Of a DNA stretch of 64,000 nt, positions 55,225 to 64,000 are shown piece by piece; position 1 is the stretch's first letter, and each line of letters begins with the position of its first letter. Position numbers and translations under genes: made by a program. The notes below the pieces were generated by a model. That model saw only the letters and a program-made list of their open reading frames with translations. It searched no databases and was not told the DNA's origin. The DNA is taken from NCBI RefSeq assembly GCF_006345805.1, contig NC_043007.1:72974001-73038000 (forward strand), given 5' to 3'. This DNA is from Octopus sinensis (taxonomy: Eukaryota).

Positions 55225-55860
55225 ATATAACCAGCCACTTGGTTACTGATGAATCTAGCAGGCACAAGAGCCAAGATTGACTACATTCTCAACAGAAAAT
55301 AGAATAGAGGGATGCTTGTGATTGCAAAATCTTTTCCTAATGAAGAAAATATTTCCCAACATAGGTTAGTAGTAAATGATTCAGACTTAAGTCTAAGTCT
55401 CAGAGGTACAAACTAATCTGGAAAAGGAAAACTTGGAAGTTTAGGAACCCTACAAACAATCAGATAATTAGAGATGTACTAATTAAAGCATTTAATGAAA
55501 AGGAGGGAGAGAGATGTATGACATAGAGGACAATTGGAAGTCCTTACAAGACAATCTATTGAGGCTATAGACCATATTTATGGCTGGTGAAAATTTCCAG
55601 TCGCCAAAGATGATATGGTGGTGGAAGAGGGAAGTAGATAGAACAAAAAAATTGAAGAGGCTGGCTTGGAAGATGTGAAAGATTGGTAGCTACAGAGAAC
55701 TTTACCAGGTAGCTACAAAAGAAGCAAGGAGACCAGTCTATTTAGCTGAGGAAGAAGCCGAGAAGAAGAGGTTTGTCAATGTTCTACACTGTGAGAACCA
55801 AAGGTATGGGGACTTCTGGATTGCAAGGCGGTGTATCAGAGGAAAATCAAGATGTGGTAG
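55225..55860 (+). mobile_element. Decayed RTE LINE fragment (endonuclease-RT linker)
   Basis: Homologous to 57880-58480 (agccaagattgactacattctc, i.e. SQIDYIL-like). Confidence 0.65.
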
Positions 55861-57289
55861 AGAAATGTGGGTGGATTATATGACTCCTGCTCCCTTGTTA
55901 TCATCAATTATTTTATTCTATACATGTTCTAATGCATATGTATATTAAGTTCAAACTATTGTTTATTAGTATTGCTATGCTTAAGCAAAATCATATTATC
56001 TGTGTATGTATATACATATATAATTTTTCTGTTTTAGCATAATTGTAATTTCATTTTTCCTTCTGGCTTTTGTTGAAGCCAAGCAATTTGTTTTTACTTT
56101 TTACCTTCGAACTGACTGGATGTTAATATTTGTACCTTCAAAACAAAAGAGCTGTTTTTACTTTTTCCAGTCAACTAATCCAGTCAACTGTTTAATCATG
56201 ATTTATGTTTAGAAAAGTAGAATTTCACATGAAAGTGTCCTGCAAACTTGCTTGGCCAAACACAGTTCTTTACTTATAATATTGTAAGAAAATTATATCT
56301 ACTTTATTATTTTATATTGAATGTATTTTCTTTCTGACCAATACAATCGCCTCAGAAAACTAGGCACATGCATGTGTGTGTGTGTTATTAATCAACAGAA
56401 GTTACAGAGTGACTCAAAGGCTGAGGGTTTTGTACATTGGAACTTGTCAAACTGGTTTCAAATTATGGGATTACATTTATAGATTGACTAAAAATCATCA
56501 TCATCATCATTTAATGTCTGTGTCCCATGCAGACATGAGTTTGATGGTTTAAAAAGATCCAATGTGTCTAAAGACTGCATTGTAATTCAATATCAGTTTT
56601 GGCATGGTTTCTATGGCTGAATGACATCCTAAAATGATAAATAAAATTCCCTTTAGATAGCAATTTTTTTGTCTTAATTTATTTTAGAACAAAGCCATAT
56701 GAAAATGCATATCACTAAATGTGTATATATATATAGGACACATAAAATGGTTCATCAAAAGCCAGAGAAAAACCACTAGAAATTTTGTGATTTATTGTTT
56801 AATCAGCACATTGCTTCCTTTGATATTAACTGATATTCTTGAATAACTCTATTTTTTTCTGAATATATTTACATTTCATTTGACTGCATTCACTTAACTC
56901 TTGCTAGTTCCAAACAATTTTTTATGAAGAAAGAGAAGATGAATATAATAATTTGCTATATACAACTGTTGTAAGATGACTTAGGAATGGTAAAAATTAA
57001 TCTCAGAATTTTCTTCAACTTCAGATTAGTATAGACATTTTCTTGATGGAGAATATCTCTGCTCTGCTGCTACTTGCAATCATTTGAGATTGTGGCAATT
57101 GGTGTTCTCTACTAATTAAATGAGGCACCATTCGAGCATGATCATTACCAATGTCACTTCACTGGCATCTGTGCTGGTGGCACGTGTAAAAACATTCGAG
57201 CGAGGTCATTGCCAGTACCGCCTGACTGGCCCCCATGCCAGTGGCACGAAAAAAGCACCCACTACACTCTCGGAATGGTTAGCGTTATC

Positions 57290-58480
57290 CCTCCCTGTAC
57301 ATTCCCTCAGAGTTGTCACTGTCAATGTAGGCACATTGATAGATAGGTCTAGTGAAATTGTTAAGATGCTTGAAAGGAGATGTGTTGATGTGTGTTGCAT
57401 CCAAGTAGTTCAGTGGAGAAGAGCTTCAGCCAGGTTTCTCACTGGCAAAAGGCATAGGTATAAATTCTTCTGGGAGGACAACCGCAATGGGGTAGGAAAT
57501 ATTGGCATACTTCCAGCAGAGAAATGGGTAAATAAGGTGACTGAAGTAGTCCGAGTATGTAATAGGATATTAATGCTTAGACTAGTTTTGCAGAGCAACA
57601 ATCATCATGGCCTAAACCCCTCAGCCAGGTTTGCCAAATGAACAAAAGGATTGCTTTTATGACACTCTTTTGTCTCCGAAGATAAATGACAGTGACCTTA
57701 TCTGTGTATCTATACACAGTGGCTGGTGATTTCAATAGACATGTTGGGCAGTACTCTGATGTCTTCTAAAGGGTGAATGGGTGCCATGGAATTGATTCCT
57801 GAAATGAGGAGGGAACATGGCTGCTGGAGTTCGGTGAAGCAAATGACCTAATGATCTACAACACCAACTTCAGAAAGCCAGCCAGTCACCTGATAACCTA
57901 CAAATCCGGTGACCATGCTAGCCAGATTGACTACATTCTCACCAGAAAGTGGGATTCATGGCTGCTCAAAAATGCAATGACCTTTCCTAAAGAAGAAGGT
58001 ACCTTACAGCATAGGTTACTCATTAGTGACTTCAAGCTACTGGTGCAAAGGATCCCAAGAAGCAAGCCAGTTTGGAAAAGAAAGATATGGAAGCTTAAGG
58101 ATCTTTGAATAGTCAGAGATTTAGAGATCCCTAACTGAAGCATTTAATGAGAAAGAGGAGGAACTACAGACATGTAATATAGAGGATAGCAGGAAGTTCC
58201 TACAGGATGACTTGCTGAGAGCTAGAGACCAAATTTGTGGCTGGTGCAAAGTGCCAAACAAGCCTAAGGTGATGTGGTGGTGGAACAGTGTAGCCTGTTT
58301 CAGAGCAAAGAAACAGGCTTAGAAGGATTGGAAAGGTAGCAGTTACAAAGAACTATATCAAGCAGCTAGAAGTTAAGCTAGGAATCAGGTATACTTAGCC
58401 AGGGGTGAGGCAGAAAAGAAGTTTACCAATGTTCTGCAATGTGTGAACCAGCAGCTTGAAATGTTTTGGCTTGCAAGACT
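57290..58480 (+). mobile_element. Decayed RTE LINE, apurinic endonuclease region
   Basis: 'LRVVTVNVGTL', 'DVCCIQ', 'AGDFN', 'SQIDYIL', 'QHRLLISD'; related fragment at 63810-64000. Confidence 0.85.
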
Positions 58481-58884
58481 AGGAATCAAGTATTTTTAAT
58501 GGATTATTAAATAATATTTAATGGATTATTAAATAATATTTAATGGATTATTATTTATGAACAGTATTAACAATTTTCTTCATCAAACATACATCAAAAC
58601 ATATACATAAAAAGAATAGCTCATAAAAATATCCACATTTCAACATATTACAAAGGTGAAAGAGCTAAGTAGGAAATACATTTGTAAATTTTGAATCCAC
58701 ATTAATATGGCCTTAGGTTTTCAATTTGTAATAAAATAGGAACTACATCTACAAGAAATATTTCCTGAAATAGACTGGTGTCCTATATGTGAGATTTAAC
58801 TCATCTGCTTATGATTATGTAATCATACAGATAATCTTGGTGATCCTGCTTGTGTATAAGTCTGAACAAAGATTGTATACTCAC

Positions 58885-59049
58885 GCTTGAAACAGTAGAA
58901 ACTAAGAATCAAAAGTAGCAGACCAATCATAGCACCAATAATGGCAAGTAATATGGTTAACTTAAAAGAGCTCTTAGGTTTTGTTGCTAAACCCATCTTA
59001 GCTGTAGTCACATTTGTTGGTGATGGCACTGTACATGGTGAACTCAAAA
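58885..59049 (-). CDS. Juxtamembrane and transmembrane exon of the IL-17 receptor-like gene
   Basis: Acceptor ttttattttctag and donor gtgagta; encodes a S/T/P-rich stalk and TM 'LTILLAIIGAMIGLLLLILSFYCF' then K; phase-1 end (C|GA = Arg) joins the SEFIR exon in frame. Confidence 0.8.
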
Positions 59050-59479
59050 CTAGAAAATAAAATACAAGTCAAAGACAAAATTAGAAATAACATTTTAAAA
59101 TATCAATTTAACCTCAAGAAACAAAAGTATTGTTAAATTGGTTCAATAAATGTTAGTTTCAAATCATTATATATATATCTAGTACAATAAATGCAAAAAC
59201 TAATTTCTGTGTGTCAGTGTGTCACACTTAGACCCCCTCTCTCACTATTCAATGACACTCCTACTATCCCTCATGATGGGGTGAGAGTAATAGTAGGCAT
59301 AGAGACAGTGAGGGTGGTGGCAAAGACAGAGAGAAGGAAAAAGAAAAGGAGAGAAAGAGAGAGAGACAAAGAAATTTAGGAAGAGTTGATGATGTTTTAT
59401 TAAAAGTAATAGTGTTGATGGTGGCAGTGGGAGTAATAATGAAAGAGTGGGTATGTGAGAGAATGAGAGAGATGATGTG

Positions 59480-59865
59480 GTGGAAGCACTCCGTCGGTTA
59501 CAACGACGAGGGTTCCGGTTGATCCGAATCAACGGAACAGCCTGCTCGTGAAATTAACGTGTAAGTGGCTGAGCACTCCACAGACACGTGTACCCTTAAC
59601 GTAGTTCTCGGGGATATTCAGCGTGACACAGAGAGTGACAAGGCCAGCCCTTTGAAATACAGGTACAACAGAAACAGGAAGTAAGAGTGAGAGAAAGTTG
59701 TGGTGAAAGAGTACAGCAGGGATCACCAACCTCCCCTGCCGGAGCCTCGTGGAGCTTTAGGTGTTTTCGCTCAATAAACACTCACAACGCCCAGTCTGGG
59801 AATCGAAACCGCGATCCTACGACTGCAAGTCCACTGCCCTAACCACTGGGCCATTGCGCCTCCAC
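59480..59865 (-). mobile_element. tRNA-derived SINE, family D, with TSD
   Basis: Minus strand ggaggcgcaatggcccagtggttagggc...ggtttcgattccc; flanked by gagagatgatgtg on both sides; related to 22763-23040 and 49795-50120. Confidence 0.85.
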
Positions 59866-60689
59866 TACAGAGAGATGATGTGCAACTTGTTTGAACCATG
59901 TCTCTCTAACAAATTCCTGTCATCAACATACTGAACACCATCATTTTTGTCTTATTTTTTGCTTTCTTTAATACACACACACACAAAATACACTTTAATT
60001 GAAATAAAGTTTCCCCAAAATTAAACATATCTAATATAATAAACGAGCAACACCCTCCACCCCCGTCCAATGGACGTTGCTGAGTTGTCAAACATTTAAA
60101 CCAAATTTTCTCAAAACAACTTGCCTGACCGTCCCAAAGGCATCCCCTTTGAGAAACACTGATTTAACCTAAATTTGAGACACCAACAAAAGAAGAAATA
60201 AAGATAGACTTTTTTTCTATTCCAAGAAAACGATTTTACAAAAGCACGTTCCCACGGCTTTATCAATCGCATTTTCACCTGGAATCGATTTTTGTCATTT
60301 TTTCAAGACTTATATACACCCTGATACTGTTGGTATCTACATATCAAATTTGAGCGCAATCGGATGGAGGATGCCCGAGATCCTAGAAGACACACACACA
60401 GACAGACAGAACGGATTTTATATAATAGATGTAAATGTCATTGTGTCGCGCTATTTCAACTTTAATAAATCCTTTCTACTGGAAGCACAAGGCTTCATAT
60501 TTTGAGGGAAGGGATTAAGTCGATTACATTGACTCCAGTACATAACTGGTACTAATTTTATCGACCCTGAAAGGATAAAAGGCAAAGTTGACCTCGGCAG
60601 AATTTAAACTCAAAACCTAACAGCAGACAAAATACCGCCAAGCATTTTGCCTCATGTGCTAATGATTCTGCCAGCTCACCACCTTAATA

Positions 60690-61030
60690 TAATATAATAA
60701 ATGTGAATGTCAGTGTGACACACTTTTTCAACTTTACTCCTAGCGGTGTAGCGCAACAGATCTTACCATTTTGGAATCAGGCTGACTCCATGAGTAAATT
60801 AAAAACATTCCGAGCCGAATCCTGACCTGCAATCCTGAAATTTTGGATTCCTATGTTTTCATTATTGCGAGTGTATTCAGCGATTTCTTTCACATGATTT
60901 TTTGCAATGAATATGATCATCATTGGGATGACTCTGGAGGAAGCAATTGCAACAAATTCTCCAAAACAAGTCAGAGATCTGTTTGCAGATCTTCCCATTC
61001 AGGGTCAGTCGCTTAAAAGCTATATACTAG
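60690..61030 (+). mobile_element. Internally deleted Helitron retaining RepHel fragments
   Basis: 'DHHW(D)..TLEEAIATNSPKQVRDLFA' (RepHel linker) fused to 'QGQSLK' (PIF1-like helicase motif); ends in CTAG at 61027-61030. Confidence 0.6.
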
Positions 61031-61041
61031 CTTTTAAGCTA

Positions 61042-61106
<65 letters not shown>

Positions 61107-62879
61107 TCATCATCATCATCGTTTAATGTCCGTTTTCCATGCTAGCATGGGTTGGACGGTTCAACCGAGGTCTGGGAAGCCAAGAGGCTGCAGACGTTCC
61201 TTTGACATCTTGATGTTATAAATCTAAATATACGCTATCATGTAAGTAAATTACAAAGTTGTTTTTATCCTACCAGGTGTGATTTGAAATAAAAGATTAC
61301 TAGATTTTCAACTATGCTTAGTTGATAATATTAGAGAATACTTATAACTACATCCTTTTGTTTCACTTACCCTGGTTTAATAACACTAATCTTTATCCCT
61401 TGGCAAATGTCTATGTTAAATTAAAGTCATTGATCCAGTCGGATCTTTTCGTTCCATTTGATTGAGAACAATTATTGCTGAGTTGCCTTTTCAAACATTT
61501 ACTCTCAAACTAACAGCTAATTCTACACAACATACAAGTCTGTTTTACACTAAATTACTGCTTCCACAATTGGAAGAGTGTCTTCAACCCTACATACCTA
61601 CATTTAAGACAGCAGAGAATAGAAACATTTGGTGTTCCACTAGCACGGATGCCAGTCATCGAATTTGATTTCAATTTCAATTTCACTGTTGTGGCAAGTG
61701 AAATCAAAATTAAATTCAATGACTGGCATCCTCATGGGTGGAGCGCTGGGAGCGCTATGCAAGCGTGATCATTGCCAGAGCAACAAGCTGGCCTCCATGT
61801 CGGTGGCACATAAAAAACACCATTTGAGAGAGAGCGTTACCTGCGTCGCCTTACTGGCACTTGTGCTGGTGGCACAGGAAAAAACATTCAAGCAAGGTCA
61901 TTGCCAGTACCACCTGACTGGCCCTCGTGCCGGTTGCACCTAAAAGCACTCACTACACTCTTGGAGTGGTTGGCGTTAGGAAGGGCATCCAGCTGTAGAA
62001 ACTCTGCCAGATCAGATTGCAGTCTGGTGCAGCCATCTGGTTCACCAGACCTCAGTCAAATCATTCAACCCATGCTAGCATGGAAAGCGAACGTTAAATG
62101 ATGATGATGATGATGATGACTTCATAAAGCAACCCTTTATTCAAAAATGATATTTGATCACTCACCTGTTTTCAAATTATGACCTCACAGTCTGTTTCAT
62201 CTACCTCTACTATCTGAACTGGCTGACTTCCTATCACCCCTAATTTCTCCCATTACATATACTCTGTCTTATTCCCAAAAAGTCCATTAAGCAACTTATT
62301 CATGACTGCCACCATCATACAACTACATTACTCTGAAACTCCCACGGATCTTATATCCCTCTCCATCCATCAACCTTTAATAATGTTTTCCCTTTGGCAT
62401 TGTTTTAGTTTTGCTTACTTTTAATTTTACTGGACACCGACCGATAACATTGGACACCACATCTTCCATTCTTTGCTCTACATATACATTTTTCATCATC
62501 ATTCCAAAATTCATCAAATATTTCAACCTTTAAAAAAGAAAATAAAAAAATACATCCACTGAATTAATATTGAAATAAACAAACAAAACAAACGAGAGAG
62601 AAGCTTCAATACTTTCATCATAACATATCCTTGTACCTAACCTCACATCTTTCTCTCTTTCCAGTTGGAGAAGCCACATGTATTCACCTTTTCAGCAACA
62701 CACCTGCTCCTGTACTTCTGTCATACTTTCACTTCCCTCAATACTATACCACACTTGTGATCTCACAAGAGCTGGTGCCACAGAAAAGCACCCAATACAC
62801 TTTGTTAAGTGACTGGTATTAGGAAGGACATTCAGCTGTTGAAACCATGCCAAAGCAGATGTAGTTAGTATGTCAGGTG

Positions 62880-63135
62880 AAATGTTTGGTGGTATTTTGT
62901 CTGCCGTTAGGTTTTGAGTTCAAATTCTGCCAAGGTTGACTTTGCATTTCATTTTTTCAGGTCAATGTAATCGACTTAATCCCTTCACCCCAAATCTAAG
63001 GCCTTGTGCTTCCAGTTGAAAGGATTTATTAAAGTAGAAAAAGTGTGACACACTGACATTCACATTTATTATATTAGATATGTTTAATTTGGGGGAAAAC
63101 TTTATTTCAATTAAAGTGTAGTTCATGTGTGTGTG
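62880..63135 (-). repeat. Old inverted duplicate of 59975-60040 plus 60431-60640
   Basis: Shared junction string cactttaattgaaataaagttt.ccc.aaattaaacatatctaatataataaa ... aataaatcctttc.actggaagcacaagg. Confidence 0.7.
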
Positions 63136-64000
63136 TGTTTGTGTATATGTAGTTTGCCTTATTGGTTCCTGCCAAAATGTCCAGCCTATTCCAGCATGGA
63201 AAAAGAGACATTAAATGATGAGGAAGAGGAGGATGAGGATGAAAATCCTAGCAAACATATACCAATCGCAGGTAGTCTTCAAATTCTGCTTCTTCAGACA
63301 ATAGCCAGTCATCGAATTTGTCTGTTAGAGTCCAAATAACAAAAGCATTGATCAAATCCAAAATTCATTTTAAATGATTCCTCAAAATACCATAAAACAA
63401 TAATATTTTTGATGGAGTTCTAAGGGGGTCATTTCCAACATGTGCAATAAAAAAATCTTGCATAACACATAGAAATTAATTTTTAGGTACTGATATGGTT
63501 ACGATATTATGCAAGATTGGTTATATAGAATGATGAAATGATACTAAACGACGTATTAAAATGATTTACTAACTCCATTTTTGATACCTGTTGTAATGCA
63601 CACTCTATGGATATTTGTAGATTTTCAGATACTTGGAATGATATCAACTCTACATGTGTTTCTGCCATGATGGTTTGTTTTACCAGGCTACACCTAACAC
63701 ATAAATCCACCAGTATGTCCTTAGGCTATTTTTCTTTTTATTATTATTATTAACGGATCCAACTTAATCCTACAAATTCTAAGATATCTTAGGTGAGAAG
63801 ATAGCTGGAAATTCTCATGGGAGAGCTTACTGAGTGCCACAGACCAAGTCTGTGGATGGTGCAAAGTCCCTTCCAGACCTAGAATTACATGGTGGTGGAA
63901 TAGTATGGTAGACAAAGCCATTAGAGCAAAGAAACAGGCCTGGAAAGCCTGGAGGGAAGGGGGTAGCAGGGAACTGTATCAGGTAGCCAAAAGGGAGGCT

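Noticed and set aside
59790-59865. tRNA gene (also the heads of other SINEs)
   Set aside because: A and B boxes are present but continue into a SINE body with TSDs; no complete cloverleaf is evident
61371-61410. Candidate IL17R ectodomain exon ('ICQGIKISVIKPG', donor gtaagtg)
   Set aside because: Weak acceptor, and its phase-2 end does not join the phase-1 TM exon; cannot be supported without RNA data
63507-63710. Minus-strand ORF as an upstream exon
   Set aside because: No recognisable motif and no convincing splice-site pair

Overview
Repeat-dominated, AT-rich animal genomic DNA, very probably an Octopus species (inferred from the SINE, Helitron and Penelope repertoire and the huge (TA)n arrays). 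It has one 100-N scaffold gap. Two minus-strand host genes can be partly assembled by hand. (1) The 3' end of an IL-17-receptor-like gene: a transmembrane exon (58885-59049) joins in phase to a terminal SEFIR-domain exon (45307-46028). (2) The 5' end of a secreted or membrane protein gene: a signal-peptide exon (21945-22007), preceded by a 94-bp tandem repeat, plus a probable 16-nt micro-exon (5688-5703). The rest is mostly mobile DNA: a full-length decayed mariner, CR1/L2-group, RTE and Tx1 LINE fragments, a Penelope-like element, a Gypsy integrase relic, non-autonomous Helitrons, MITEs and at least four SINE-like families. The most unusual signals are: a TIR/TSD-bounded non-autonomous DNA transposon carrying the 3' end of 18S rRNA (39743-40358); several minimal hammerhead-ribozyme motifs in fold-back elements beside (TA)n arrays; GG-terminal MITEs with TTAGGG cores; and templated inverted duplications. 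Most short ORFs in the supplied track are microsatellite or repeat noise. All alignments were done by eye and repeat boundaries are approximate.
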